Part shown: piece after piece, positions 35,660 through 50,804 of the stretch
Layout of the letters: every line of letters begins with the position of its first letter
How positions within the stretch are numbered: the stretch's first letter is position 1
Notes under the pieces: model-generated
What the model was told of the DNA's origin: nothing
The model's database searches: none
The model's input: the letters and a program-made list of their open reading frames with translations, nothing else
Assembly (NCBI GenBank): GCA_030704615.1
Contig: CM060731.1
Coordinates: 69,750,001-69,814,000, forward strand
Reading direction: 5' to 3'
DNA length: 64,000 bases
DNA from: Takakia lepidozioides
Lineage: Eukaryota > Plantae > Bryophyta
Made by a program: the position numbers and the translations under genes

Positions 35660-38600
35660 CCTCTAGAATTTCAAGCTCATAAGTGCAGGGTGTAGCTCTG
35701 TGAGTGACTCATATACTTGGAGTTCTTCTTCGAGCTCTACAACTATCAATTCATCAGGCTGCATCGCCCTGATCTTCTTCTCTCCGACCATATGGATGAG
35801 TTTCAAACAAGGCTACACCGTTCTGGACGACTGCAAAAACTAGTTCATCACTGGATGTCGGAGATTGGATACCCACTGTCCTACCCCTCGTTCCTTGTCT
35901 GTAACAGACCCATTTCTCTGCTCCAGCTAGCCGGAGCGCAAGGTACGGACCAGAAACTCCGCTACATGTGTTTCCATGTGCATCTATAACTTGGGCTTCA
36001 AAATTAGGACTATCAAGGGCCGACCTTTGGACATTGAGACAATCTGCGTAGGAGGGCCGTGTGTGGGTATTGGCCGTACCTCTAGGTAAAACAACATTGC
36101 AGCTTCACCATTCTCATGATCTCTAAGCATGGCATGGTATCTTGCAACGTCTCCTTCCATTTGAAGGCTTCGAATGATGCCTTGCCCCCTTCAACCTTAC
36201 AACTAAGCGTAGCTGCATCTTGTACCCCATTGCAATTGCTATCCTGCTTTACAAAGATTAACTCAATTACCTTCCTATCATCATAGTCTTGGTAATATAT
36301 CTTACCAAAAGCATCCAGCAAGGAGACACTCATGCACTCCGACTGATAAATTTGAATCAATTTGGAGGAGCGGTTATGTGCAAAATCCCATGGCCTTTGT
36401 GAAATAGAAGATAACGGATGTCCAGTGAATGAGGCTAGGGCCATGAGCCTAGCCAACTTCCCAGGATACAACCTCACAATCCTACTAAGAACTATGGATG
36501 AGCCGGCAACCTATGGTTGTAAAATCAATGAGGGATCGAGAAAACGTAGTCTATACATCCCAGGCGTAGGACCTGAGACGATTAGGTGTGCGGCATAGTT
36601 GGGCTGAGATGTTTTGTCGTTGGTGTAGTTCTTCTCAAATTTGACGATGTCCTTGTGGGGTTCTCGACCTCCATTCACCCAGCTCATCGTCATTGTCAAT
36701 CGACTCCAGATTGAGTTGCAACTGATCCACCGCAAGATATAACGCGTCAATCTTTATGTTGGGCCAAAATATATATCTACCTAGAGCTTAATATGTAGAT
36801 CTAGAGCTTGTGGCATATGATCATGAACACTGAAAGGGATGCATGTTAGCAAGGAAAGAGGATTAGGGCTGCATGTACGACATGTATAGCAATGTAAGAA
36901 TAGAGAATTGTAATTAGAAATGTGTAACTAACACTAGATGAGATTTGGATCCGATCTGGAGCTTATCATGGGACAAAAACAAACACTCTAGTCCAACCCA
37001 AAAGAAAAACAAGAAAAGAACACTCTATGATCAGGCAATTGACAGTCAAGGCAGAGTTTTTCTCTTTGAAGAGGGAGAACAGTTTAGGAATACATAGCAC
37101 TTTCCAGCCTGTCAAATCTTCCCCATCCCTTCTCCAGAGTGAGGCAGATTGGGGTGACAAGCATTGGGGTGACATCTGACAACAGACACCAGGACAAGTG
37201 TCACTCCAAACTTGACTTATATTTGAAATTTGTTAAGAGGAAGTGTCACCCCATGTGTGGGGTTACACAAAACAGATCAGCCAGGTGACACAGAACGGCG
37301 TGACAGTAACCACACCGGGACCGTCATGGAAGGGAATGTCACGTCTCCAAACTTGACTAGGTATTAAAATCGGACCAGGTGACACTAACGACAGGAGCTG
37401 GGATGACATGGACCCGGGTGACGGGGGACATCATCCTTAGTGACACCAGACAACACCAGGGTGACACCAGAAGGGAGTGTCACTCCAAACATGACTAAGC
37501 ATTAAAATATACACTACCGCCTCCCCGCTGGAGGAGCAGAAGCTGGCTGAATCTGACGACAATACTGTAAAGAGAGAGAGAGAAATGTAGGTGTAGCTCA
37601 AAGACTTATCCCACATCCCAAATTCCTTACAGACAGGTCCAGCTTGTTAAGTTTCAAAAGAGAATGTTTTCTAGATAATTTACATTCTCCTCAATCTCAT
37701 AAGGGAGCTTTGCTCTTACTTACATTCTCCAGAATGTCAGAACTGAGATTTTCTGGTTTCCTGTTGTACTGGTCCAGAGCAAGGAAGTCCATGATCAAGG
37801 TTTCCGCAAGTTGTTTGCAGGGGCCTCGTTGAGCTTGAGCGTTGTAGGCCAAGGCGGCACGCAATTCCCATTCGCACCTCTACCTGCACTAGACGTGTGA
37901 CCAGCAGCTAGTTTCATATCCATGAGACAGTCTTTGAATCAAGATTGCAAACCAGTCCTGATACTGCTAAGCCCGGGTATTGCTGTTCGACAAATGGTGT
38001 TAACAAAGAGGAATGTTGGCATCTGGGCTTATTGCTTAGACAACAAGTGCAGATTGATAACCTGGAGTCATCTTACCTGTTCAGTGGGATCGCTCCCCGC
38101 CCGTATCCCCTGCTTCTTTAGCAAATTGATGAAACTAGATAGAGGCCTCTAGGTATCTCATACCTTCCACAATCCAACAGTAAGCTGTGGCAGTGTTAAC
38201 AACTTAGAGAAATCATGATTGCTAGGAATATTTGTGGATTCATGATCTATACTTCAAAAATTATCGTTGAGAGAACTGCAAACCTGCAGATGGATGGCCT
38301 CTATGTTCTCAAAGGTGGAGTGGGAGATGCACCCCTGCCATATGCCTTGTCGATTCGGCATAGTAATCCGGGGTATCTCACAGCTCCCCCCTCAATAGAG
38401 GGCAATTGATGCGTTCCCCAGCACAATCCAAAAGTAAGCTGTGGTGAGGTCCATCCGCTGTTGTGTCGACTACCCCATCACTGTCTACAACTTCCACCAC
38501 GATGTTATCAAACCTCCTGCCCACGGCACACTTGCTTGGGATCTGTTTCCAACCATCCTGATATATCTCGTTAGGAAGCTGGTTGACCCAGAGGCACCTA

Positions 38601-39380
38601 CTGTTATTCTGAACGCCTAGAGACACCAGAGTAGTCTATATTGACCCTGGCAATGGTGCATAGCAAAATGCAATACTACTGCCCAAGCTCTGGATATGCA
38701 TTTGAGACCTGAACGGGACATCACTTGACTGCAGAGAAAATCTATTTGACATAGCATCCACTCAAGCGCCATCTGCGCTTAGATTAACCTGGACACTCTC
38801 GATCAGTATTTAGGCGTGACTGAAAAACGTTCAGCCTAGACTACAGCCTCGGAAATTCTCTATTTGACACAGCATCCATTTCCAGGAACGCCATCTGCGC
38901 TTGAATTGACCTAGACACTCTCGATCAGTATTTAAGCATGAAGGAAAACGTTCAGCGTAGTGGACCTGGCGAAAGATCCTTTGAAAAAGCATGGACATCA
39001 CCACGCAGAATCTTTTGATCACAAAACAGTCTTGGGTATTACACAGAGTACTTCAAGGCTGCAAAAACTGAATAGTGGACTGCAAAAGATCCATAGAAAT
39101 TTCATACACGTATGTACAGCAGACTCTGATCATATAATCAGAGGGCAGTAAGTGGTCTGACAATATAGACCTAGAAATCGAACCTGTGTCACAAGGCGCA
39201 AAGTGCGCATTCCACTCTCTCAATGAATCAAACCAAAGCTGGACCTCTTCATCCATCAAGGTGGCACCGCTCACGAGCCTCACGAGCTGAATCACGCGTG
39301 GATCCAGGGAAGAAGGAATTGTTACCACAGAATAGGCTTCACGTGGTAACATCGCTAAGTCCTTCCCAAACCGCTTCATC
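35660..39380 (-). pseudogene. Degenerate gene remnant, tentatively GMI1/SMCHD1-like central region
   Basis: VGRRFDNIVVEVVDSDGVVDTTADGPHHSLLL..CPLFKGRCEIP, LYPGKL and VSLLDAFG recall the central repeats of plant GMI1. Recognised from memory only. Many stops. Confidence 0.35.
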
Positions 39381-39431
39381 CTCCTGCAGATTTCCAGCTA
39401 TTTATCAAGATCTCGTGGAAGGGGGATCCAA

Positions 39432-39434
<3 letters not shown>

Positions 39435-39503
<69 letters not shown>
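39435..39503. repeat. (GA)n microsatellite
   Basis: Pure GA run of ~34 units. The paralogous site at ~50040-50090 lacks the expansion. Confidence 0.97.
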
Positions 39504-39507
<4 letters not shown>

Positions 39508-42188
39508 TGCACAGCTACCAAAATCCGTGCACCACGTTAGCACGATTTGTGTACCAATGTGCTTCAGATACAATAGCTCAGAGTACAAATATGCACAAAA
39601 GCAGGGGAGAATGCGTGTAGTGGAAGCCCACTTCTGTGGTGTGGTAGCGGTGAGCTGGTGCAGAGAGGGACCTTGTGAAAGGTGACAGCCTCAAGCAGCT
39701 CCCTACGGCCGACCGTAGGTGTTAACTAGACAGGCAACAATCAATTGCAATTGTGCTCTAATCTCCTCCTCCTCCTCCTCCTCCACTGCATAGCGATCAT
39801 AAACCCAAGAACCCCTTCTGAAGTTCTGACCAATGTTTCAAACACTGTCCCTTGACTTAATCGATTCTCTCATGGATCCATGGAGGTCCTTCTGATTATA
39901 CAATGTGAGCTGCAACGGGAGTCCAAGTCACTGGATATGAATTGCTCCAACTGGGTCCCATTGCCTGCAATATTTATATAATCATGATTCACTGTAGTTA
40001 CTGTAGCTGATAGACTGCTTCAGGGTTTTTTTTCTGTGCATATGTAAAATGCCGAGATCTTAAGAGGTACATACCAGCGAAGACAAAATAACTCACACGC
40101 CATGTCGGGTATGGCGCTTTTATGTGTGGCCACGCTTGTCTGAAAGGGACCCAAAGTTTTCTTCAGAGATGTGTACATAAATATCAGCAACGTCGATGGC
40201 TTGTGGACAGATTGTGCAAAATGATTGAGATCGGTTTCCGGTAGATTGGTTTTGCTGGTTTTGCTGACAGATCCAGAAGTACTTACATTAACAACAACAA
40301 GTTGGTGACAGTTCAATTTTCTACTTCAGCCTGCTGTGCCTAAAATTTGAAGCTTTGATAGCCATTTTGAAGGGCATATGGTGGGCTGCCACATACCATA
40401 TGCATCATTGGCAAGAGATATTGTAAGCAAATATTTTAGATATGTAAGGTTCTTATACACTCTTGGGGCTAAATTGCTAATGTAATTCATGACTCATGGG
40501 TTGTTTATCCCTTAAGTGAGTATGGCCCGGAACTGGGTGTCACATAAGAAGGTAACCTTGTCTGATGTTGAGAAATTTAACTTTGTTCCTTAGCAAAACA
40601 AAAACGAAATCACTTCCCACTGCATAGCCCATAAATGAAACATGGTGGGGACCTGTAATTTGGTTATGTTCTCCTAGAAGAAGGTCAAATTCCAGTAACC
40701 ACAAGATTCCCATCCAAGTGTTTTGTTATCTCTTTGAGTGTTGTGTGGTAGCAATCCAAATTGGGAATGAGGTAACTACCTTAAACTGCAAGGATGGAAG
40801 ATACAATGCAGTGCTACGCCCCCACTGCCCATTCTACCACTTTGGTCAGGAAGGGCGGCTCGGCCCAGTGATGACTGAATTGATTTTGCTTGGTTCATGA
40901 ATGACATATGGCGGACTTGCTCCAATTGAAACCATGCCAGTTGGATCGTTCCTGCCACATGTACAATTTTCTAGAAAGACCAGGTTAAGGGATCAGTGTG
41001 GGCACACAAACTGTCTATTTGGTTGGCCACGTACAGGCCGTAAACTCATGAGTGAGGAACCTGTGAGGGGGGCAATTTTGGCAATTATGCCTCTGGAGAT
41101 GGGAAAATTTTCACGGGTCCGCTAAAGGTGTAATGCCACAGGGATTGGGAATTCTTTTTTGTTTGTTTCCTAAGGAAACACCAGCCCTGCAGCGATGAGG
41201 CCTTCAGGGAAATTTCAGGGCCATGTGAAAGCCAGCCCTAAGGCAGACAGATAACCAACAGGGATTTGAATCCAGACCCACAAGCCACAGGATGTCTTAT
41301 CACTGGTCCACATGCAAAAAAATTCAGTTTTTGGATGGCCTCATTTGGATGCACAATCTACTATGATCCATGTGCAAGCTACATAGCTAGTGTCAATGAG
41401 CAACCCTAAGTTCGGCTAAGCATAGATGATTTCTGTCATTTTCGGTGGAAACTTGGAGTTCCTACCACATTGAGATTAGGAATATGTGGGAGAACCATCC
41501 AGCAAATCCTCACAATGGGTTGGTCAAAGCAAAAATTCAAATCTTTAAAAAACCTGAAACAAAAAACAATCCCTAAAATAGTATATAATACCAAATATCT
41601 TGGTGAATGGGCTTAATTCTGAGGATGCACATACTGCAACATGTATGGGTCATTTTTGTGTAAGAATATTGGTAGATGGATATCCCCAGTTTATTGGAGA
41701 GGGGTAATAAATTTTAGGTGTCAAAAATTGAACAATGTAGGCAATTAGGTTTATACATGGTCCCAACCTAATTTATGACACATAGGTCGCTTATACCTTA
41801 CACATTCTCCTAGTGTAATTCATGACAAATTGGCTGAAAAGGATCGCCATTGCCCAAGGGAAACACCGTCACGTGATTGATGTATAGAATACCCTATTAA
41901 AAAAAAAAGTAAAAATATGACACCTCCCCAAACCCTATATAATATGCAACTAGACTCAGTGTGCCGTTGCAGCGCATGCCATAAGTAATGGATAAAACAT
42001 AGAAAAAAGAACAGAAAAGTAATGGGTTGGTGATGGGCTATAGTGACCCTCATTTTTTACCACTCACATTTACATAATATTTTAGTTGGTGAAATTCCCC
42101 CAATTGTATGGCACATTGTCTTCATAGCACCTTCACAAATTCCTCATGAAACACAAACTCGTTGATTCTCCCTTATCAACGTCGGCAC

Positions 42189-42500
42189 CAGTGTTGGGCG
42201 GTTATTTTTTTATATACGGCAGTTCCGGTTGCTTCAAAATTTTGGAAACTATTAACCTGCGGTTGTGGTTACTAAGAATTTTATGGCTAGATATAACCTG
42301 CGGTTACGGATACTTGCAAACACCTCCAATTACCGGCGATTTTCATCAAATTACCGCGGGTATTGGGCGGTTTTCTAAAAGGTTCTTTGCTCGGTTATTT
42401 GAATGTTTGACATCCGCCGGTTCCTAACTGGACTAGTTACATCATTTTTTCACGTCCGCCGGTCATATATATATACCCGGACAGGTAACCGCTGGGTATT
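42189..42500 (+). mobile_element. hAT/MITE-like terminus with CGGTT/AACC subterminal motifs
   Basis: Begins CAGTGTTG, followed by many CGGTT/TAACC/TACC motifs. No partner end found. Confidence 0.45.
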
Positions 42501-45500
42501 AGAGAGAAATTTAAATACTCACCAAGGCAGGCCCCATCATACTACCCCGACATGGCTGCTTTCATGTCGTTGCCCCACCACACTTTGCAAGTGTCCCCCT
42601 CAACTATGTCTAGATATACTTCTAGTTATTGAATTACCTCTCAACGTTACTCCCCCTATTGGGCCATTTATAGAATTCGCATATTGTCATGATTGGTACT
42701 TGAACACAACCATTTAACTATTTCATACTTGCTATTGGACGGTGGCGCACTGACCCCTAATAGTCATCATAGCAGGAACCAAAGGTGGTATCACAATACT
42801 AGCCTAAACGCTATACGTAACAACTTCAATATCCCTACCATAGCTATCCATCAATGTTTCAAAATTGTCCATCTCACTGCCATCAGATCCTATACAACCC
42901 TTATTACTAACAAGCGTAAATTAGAACAAACTCACACAAAAGATATTGGTTACATGCGCAACGACGCATTTGCTCTTATATGGCCCACCCTCAAAAGAGT
43001 AGGAAGTGGTACCTAAATTGTTGAGTAATTGTTGTTGTTGCATAAGTAAGAGATATTTTAATTAAATGATGGTTGAGGTCCAATTTTTTATTTTCTAAGG
43101 GGAACAGGCCCACCCCCGAAAGGGGGCAGTAGCTGTAAGGCGAAGTGGCTTTTAGTTACGCCGGCTTTGGCCGGAGTCTTCTCTCTTTTCTAAGGGGGCC
43201 ATGCTTGCAAAGCCCACCAAAGGGAAACGGGAGAATCCTAATAAACTCCCTTTACTCTCCTTATATAGTTTTTGGAGGCCGTGGTGGGGCCTTCTAGAAA
43301 GGCCCACCGCCTCATCAGCGGAAAGATCTAGAAGGGGGGGCCCACCGCCCATCCCAAGTCGTATAAAAAAGAAAAAACGTCCGTGTGTCTACCTCCTATC
43401 GCCCTCTCCTACTTCTACGCTAGCGACTCCTGCGGCCCCACAGATTCGCTCTTCCCTAGTGTCGGGTTGCCTGACCTTTCCAAATTGGGCAAATGAGTTG
43501 GTGTGCATAGTAACCGTAATGCGAAGAGGCTCTTAATTACGCCGGCTGGAGTACACTCTCTCTCTTAGTGGGTGAAATTCATACTGATGTATGGCAACTG
43601 GCTATATGGATGTCATTCTGCAAGAAGGCTTGGGGGGTGTGAAGCTGATAACAGCATCCCATTGGCACTGCGGAGGATGGAATCCGTTGCTCGTTGTTGC
43701 TATGGCGCCTCGCCAATCTTCAAGGATGCCATTCAAAGTAGGTAATAACACAAAGCCCTTTACGTATTCACTTTGCTATGTAGTATGTGTCGTAGGACTT
43801 AGGCTTGGAAAGCAAATCAACATAAACAAATGTACTATAGGCGAAGAAGCAAGAAAACACAAGGGATAGTTAGACAATGTTGATAATTTGCATATCTTGC
43901 ACGAAGGTCAACGCTGGTCCAAGGATTTCTACAAACATCTCTTAAAATGGTTGGACTGTAACGTTGACAATGTGAGTTTTCTTCATGTGTTCAGTTATGT
44001 TCTCGTCCTTGACAGTTTGGCGAAACTGAAGTCTGTTCTTTAGTTAGTTAAGATGGAAGGCACATTTACGGAAATGGTCGCCATATTGTAGAGTCTTCAG
44101 TTGGAAACAGATCCCAAGCATGTGTGCCGTGGGCTCGGGCTTAGTAGTATCAGGACTGGTTTGCAATCTTGATTCAAAGACTCTCTCACGGATATGAAAC
44201 TAGTTGGTCACGCGTCATTTTATCTCGATAAAGCTACTCAGAATTGGCGAGAGGCCAGCGATTACGCGAACTACTCAAGCAATCTCAATCAGCCCCTCTG
44301 ACGGTAGAGGAACATGTAGCTACTACTTAAACTGGAGTAAACGGATATTTAGATGTATCGGAAATTGGCCAAGTTAAAAAAATTCTTGTTCAACTACTGA
44401 ATATTTGATAACTAATAAACCTCAGTTTACATAAATTATACGTTCCACTAAATATGTATCGCAAGACATTCACAAAACTGGGTGTGGGGTCTAGGGCCAC
44501 AAGGCTACGGCAAGCATAGTCTTATGAGTACATTTTTTATCTATCTTTCATAGAACTATGCTACCATCTATATGACGACTACAGACTACACCTCATACAT
44601 GGATACTCTGGATATGTGACAATGACAAGTAATGCAGCACCAAAGACTAAAGTAATAGAGGACTGTGAAGCAAGTCTTCAGCAGGAAAAAGGGATTTCAG
44701 GTTTCTTTTTCTTTCATGCAACACTCCTAACACCTACATGAAGACTTACCTGATCACTTTGCCCAAACAACATAAATACCACACGTGCAAGATGCAATTG
44801 TGCCCAAACCCTTCAACTCTTCACTAGATTGCAACTGTGTATTTTCTATCCAAAAAGGAAATCCTTGGATCATTTACATGACAACCACATCACAAAACAG
44901 CAAAGAGAGGCAAAACCAATCCACAAAGCCAATCACTGCATTAAGCAAAGAAGAACCCAACAGAAGATGAAGCGTGAAAAAAAACCTTCCAGAAGCCATC
45001 AATTAGATGCTGCCATCACTTCATATCCTCATCAACCATCACTATGAGTTCGTGTGCTGCAGATTCAAAGGTCTTGAAAGTGAAGCAGGCCATCTGAGCC
45101 AGACAGCTTTGAGCAATGAGAGCAAACCATAGATCTGCGAATCACAAGATATTCTAATGGGGGATAGGGAAGAAAGCTCGGATCTCTGCTGATTCAAAAG
45201 TCACCTGAAGGAAGCTACCTTCCTGACTTCTGTCTAGGAAGAATGAACAGAAGCTCCTACAGCCGAGCCTAGACACTCTTCAGAGAGAGTCAGAAGCTCT
45301 TGGGTTACTTTTGATTTGAATATCTTGAAAGTATAGTGAAGTGCACTCCCTGCAGAATGCCTACAAGACATTGTAAGTATTCCTTCCCACGTCATTGGTA
45401 CTCCATTTTGTAGAGTGGCAAGAAAGAGAGGAATGGGGATGACTTTACGGCTGGAAAGGTTGAGTTACTACCAGATGAATGTGCTAAGCGTAGTGTAAGT

Positions 45501-45519
45501 GTCGCCTTTTCTCATGCGC

Positions 45520-45800
45520 CCCCTTGTGTCATAAGCCATTTTGACATCCAAGAAGAATACAAAAGTGGGTTTCCCTTTTTTTTTTACTTCCCACATAATC
45601 TGCCTTGGAGTGAAGATATGATCCACACATCCCCTGTTTCGCCGAAAGCCAGCTTGGCATTTGTGGAAATAACCTCTAGATTCCAGATCAACCTCGAGAT
45701 GAGTACTTATAACTCTGCAAAATATCTTGCCAACTGCCTTGAGGAGCGTGATGCCTTGGTAGTCCCCTGGCAATGAGTCTACCTTCCCTCCCTTGAGGCT
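45520..45800 (-). mobile_element. Non-LTR (LINE) reverse transcriptase fragment
   Basis: DYQGITLLKAVGKIFCRVI..QAGFRRNRGCVDHIF..VFFLDVKMAYDT (LINE RT N-terminal motifs). Confidence 0.92.
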
Positions 45801-46014
45801 GTGTACACTGCTTTGCACTTGTATCATGTAGGCCAGTTATGAATTTGCAGATGATCAATCTCGAAATTGTGCAGGCATGCCTCATGATACTCTCTGTGGT
45901 AACCGCAGAGCCTGTTACAAGACAACTTTGTAGACAACCTATCATGCAATGGAACCACTGAACGGAATTGCCTGCCGACACCTACATTACACACTTGTAG
46001 ATCTCCAACACAAC

Positions 46015-49000
46015 TCTATGAGAGTCAAAAGTAGCCCTATAGGAAATTCACGAGGACATTCCAGAGGACTTTCCACCAAATAAAAGACCTATAACATAGG
46101 AAGGAAAATCTGCATCAGCCCTCTACGCCCTAAATGTGTGCAAACTGTACCAAACTTTACAGTCCTCTCATCAGGAAACACACTGATGCATGTTCGTAAA
46201 GTAAGGTCAGGGTGACAGCGGCGGTGATAGGAAGCATTCACTACGTCCTGCCAATGAGCAAGGGGATAAGATGGCTGGGGATCCCTCGAGACATTTTTAA
46301 CGATGTAGATCATACTATGGAATTGCAGAACACAAGCAAATTTTCAATTTGAAAGTCAAGAGGAAATTGTCCAGACAAGTAGAAAGTAGAAGAGGAAACG
46401 ATAATATTAGGGTGCTCAACTCTCACAGACAACAGGAAAGAAACCAGTCCTGCATGACCCCACAAACCTGCCTCAGTCTCTCTTTCACAGGAGATCAGGC
46501 ATTCAGTACCATAATGTCTGAGCTGCTCATGGTAATGATATGGAAGAGTAGCAACAAATCACGGTGAACTATAGTGCAGCAGTATTGTGACAGGGAAGTC
46601 TTGGGGAAGTCACTTGTTACAGACCAAAAACTGAGGTACAATCAGTATAAGAGACAGTCCTGGCTGGTGAATTAAGACCTACTTAAAAGAAACATGCAGT
46701 GGATGATTTAGTATTGGAACAATCTTAGTTGGGAGCAAACTTTGGTTTGGGCCAATTGAGTCCACCATACATGATTCATGGAAACAGGGACGTAATCTTG
46801 ACTTGATCACTAGACACTCGCTGCACATCTCTGAAGCACCCATGAGTCAATTCCGCAAATCTTAGACTAGATGAATAGCATTTTTACTACTTCAAAAGAA
46901 GGTTTGATGACACAGTGAAATCATGGTTCCCATGGAGCAGTCTTTAATGAATTTAAACCTCTAGAATTTGAAGCTGCTAAGTGCAGGGTGTAGTTCTGTG
47001 AGTGGTTCGTATACTCGGAGCTCTTCTCCAAGCTCTAGAACTATCAACTTCATCAGGCTGCATCGCCTTGATCTTCTTCGCTCTGACCATATGGGCGAGG
47101 TTTCAAACAAGGCCACATCGTTTTGGACGACTGCAAAAACAAGTTCGTCACTAAACGTCGGAGATTGGAAACCCATTGTCGTACCCTTCGCCCCTTGTCT
47201 ATAAGGGACCCATTTCTATTTGCTGCAGCCAGCTCAAGTGCAAGGTAGTGACTAGAAGCTCCGCTAAATGTGTTTCCACATGCATCTACAATCGAGCTTC
47301 AAAATTAAGACTATCAGGGGCCAACCCTTGGACAACGAGAACATTCTGCATAGGAGAGCCGTGTGAGGGTGTTGGCCATACCTCTAGGTAAAACAACATT
47401 ACAGCTTCACCATTCTCATGATCTTTAAACATGGCATGGTATCTTGCAACATCTCTTTGCCATTTGAAGGCTTCGAATGATGCCTTACCCCCTTAAACCT
47501 TACAACTAAGCTTGGTTGATCTTCTACCCCATTGCAATCGCTGTACTGCTTTACAAAGATTAACTCAACCTGTCTGTCCTCATTGTCTTGCTAACTGATG
47601 TTACCGAAGACATCCAGCAAGGAGATCAGACTAATGGGAGGGAAGCACTCCAACTGATAAATTGAATCAATTTGGCATAGCAGTTGTGTGCAAAATCCCA
47701 TAGCCTTTGCGATAGGGAAGGTAACGGATGTCTAGTGAAGGCCAGAGGCATGAGCCTGACAACTTCTCATGATACAAACTCACAATCTTACTGAGAACTA
47801 TGGATGAGCCGCCAACCTCTGGTTGTAACATCAAAGAGGGATCCAGAAGACGCTATACTTCCCAGGAGTAGGACGTGCGCGGCATAGTGGGGCTGTGATC
47901 GTTTGTTGTTGGGTTTGTTGTTGGGGTAGTTCTTCTTCTCAAATTTGATGATTTGTGCTTTTGGGGTCCTCCACCTCCATTCACGTAGCTCATCGTCACT
48001 GTCAATCCACTCGAGCTCCAGATTGAGTTGTAACTGATCCACAACACATTCAAGGTATAAAATGATCAGCCCTTATGTTGGGCCCAAATATACACCTACC
48101 TAGAGCTTATGGCGGATCTAGAGCTTGTGGCAGATGTCTCCTACCCGTTTATGTGATTCTGGTTTATGTGATTCTGGACAAAAGAGACGGTAGGATCTGA
48201 GCGGAAAGGGCTGCATGTTAATATAGTAGGAAGGAAAGAGATTTAGGGCTGCATGTACATGTATAGCAATGAAACAATAGACAATTGTAATTAGAAATGT
48301 GTAACTGGGCCCACACTAGATGAGATTCAGATGTGGAGCTTATCATTGGACAAAAACAAGCACTCCAGTCCAACCCAAAACAAAACAAGAAAAAGAACAG
48401 GATCAGGCAATTGGCAATGAAGGCAGAGTTTTTCTCTTTGAACAGGTAGAACAATTTAGGAATACATAGCAGTTTCCAGCCTGTCAAATCTTCCCCATCC
48501 CTTCTCCAGAGTGAGGCAGATTGGGGTGACAAGCATTGGGGTGACATCATCTGGAGTGACAACAGAAACTGGGAGCTGGGATGACATGGACGCGGGTGAC
48601 ATGTGACATCATCCTTAGTGACACCAGACAACACCGGGAGTGTCACTCCAAACATGACTAAGTATTAAAATATACTAGAGGAAGTGTCACCCCATACAGA
48701 GGGTGACACAAACCAGTGGTGACAGGGACCCTGGTGAAGAGTGACAGCAAGGGACAACTTGACAAAGTATTAAGATATAGTAAGAGGAGTGTGTCACCCC
48801 ACGCTGGTGACAATAACAACCACAGGAGCTGGGGTGACACTACCGTGCCCCCTGGAGGAGCAGACGCTGCCTGAATCTGCCGACAGTGCTGTAAAGAGAG
48901 AGAGAGAGAGAAATGTAGGTGTAGCTCTAAAGACCTATCCCACATCCCAAATTCCTTACCGACAGGTTCAGATTGTCAAGTTTCAAAAGAGAATTTTTTC

Positions 49001-50745
49001 TAGATTATTTACATTCTTCTCAATCTCATAAGGGAGCTTTGCTCTGAGTTTACTTACATTCTCCAGTATGTCAGAACTGATTTGGGGTATCTCACATCTC
49101 CCCTTGAATAGAGGACAATTGATGCGCTCCCCAGGACAATCCAAAAGTAATCTGTGGTGAGGTCCATCCGCTGTTGTGTCGACTACCCCATCACTGTCTA
49201 CGAGTTCCACCACAATGTCATCCAACCTCCTCCCCACGGAACACTTGCATGGGATCTGTTTCCAACCATCCTGATCTCGTTAGGCCAGAAGCTGGTTGAC
49301 CCCGAGAGACACCAGAGTAGTCTATATTGACCCTGGTAATGATGCATAGCAAAATGCAATACTACTGCCCAAGCTCTGGATATGCATTTGAGACCTGAAC
49401 GTGGACATCACTTGACTGCAGAGACAATCTATTTGACATAGCATCCATTCAAGCGCCATCTGCGCTTAGATTAACCTGGACACTCTCGACCAGTATTTAG
49501 TCATGCCTGAAATCGTTCAGCCTAGACTACATCCTCGGGTATTATCTATTTGACAAAGCATCCATTTCCAGAACAGCCATCTGTGCTTAAATTGACCTAG
49601 ACACTCTCGATCAGTATCTAAGCATGAGCGAAAACATTCAGCGTAGTGAACCTCCAGACGAAAGATCCTCTGAAAAAGCATGGACATCACCACGCAGAAT
49701 CTTTTGACAAAACAGTCTTGGGTATTACACAGAGAACTTCAAGTGCTGCATGAAAAACAGAATCTGCGTGGTGATCAAAAGTTGACTGCAAAAGATCCAT
49801 AGAAATTTCATAATGCGTATGTACAGCAATCTGGCAGTAAGTGGTCTGACAATATAGACCTAGAAAGCGAACCTGTGTCGCAAGGCGCAAAGAGCGCATT
49901 CCACGCGTGGATCCAGGGAAGAAGGAGTTGTTACCACAGAATAGGCTTCACGCGGTAACATCGCTAAGTTCTCCCCCAACCGCTTCATCCTCCTGCAGTT
50001 TCCAAATTATCAAGACCTCCAAGGGGGATCCAAAAGGAGAGAGAGTATCCAAGACGAGAGAGACAGAGGGAGAGAAGCTCTCCCAGAGACACGAGTTGAT
50101 CATGCACAGCAACCAAAATCCGTGCACCACGTTAGCACGATTTGTGTACCAATGCGCTTCAGATACAATAGCTCAATGTCCAAGTATGCACAAAAGCAGG
50201 GGAGAATGCGTGTAGTGGAAGCCCACTTCTGTGGTGTGGTAGCGGTGAGCCGGTGCAGAGAGGGACCTTGTGAAACGTGACGGCCTCGAGCAGCTCCCTA
50301 CGGCCGACCGTAGGTGTTAACTAGACAGGCAACAATTACTTGCAATTGTACTCTAATCTCCTCCTCCTCCTCCACTGCATTCATGACAAAGAGCGACTAT
50401 AAGTCCCATTGCCTGCAATCCGTATACAATCGTGATTCGTTGTAGTTACTGTAGCTGATAGGTGACTGCTTGAGGGTTTTTTTCTATGCAAACTTAAAAT
50501 GCCGAGATCTCAAGCGGTACATACTAACCGTCGAAGACAAAATAACAGACACGCCATGGCAGGTATGGCGCTTTTATATTGTGGCCACGCTTGTCTGAAA
50601 GGGACCCAAAGTTTTCTTCACAGATCGTGTAAATATCAGCAACGATGGACATTGTGTGCAAACAAATGATTGAGATCGGTTTCCGGTAGATTGGTTTTAC
50701 ATAAACAGCAATAACTTTGTGATAGTTCAATTTTGTAACTTCAGC
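46015..50745 (+). repeat. Segmental duplication B, copy 2
   Basis: Direct paralog of 34670-40330. Lacks ~37750-38385 of copy 1. Confidence 0.93.
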
Positions 50746-50804
50746 AGTTTGTGTAGGTATATAACAACACAGTCACAAAGACACGGTTTCAATATTTAAT
50801 CATA

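Larger units (their letters stand above)
34670..40330 (+). repeat. Segmental duplication B, copy 1 (partners 46015-50745 direct, 50805-52512 inverted, ~58020-58280 inverted fragment)
   Basis: Collinear similarity from TATGAGAGTCAAAAGT (34672/46017) to AGTTCAATTTT..ACTTCAGC (40310/50723), with indels. Confidence 0.93.

Noticed and set aside
39223-39588. ORFs with ERERER / LSLSLS runs
   Set aside because: Translation of the (GA)n microsatellite.
40340-45450. Scattered short ORFs and possible TE debris
   Set aside because: Apart from the hAT-like end at 42189, no motif could be recognised with confidence.
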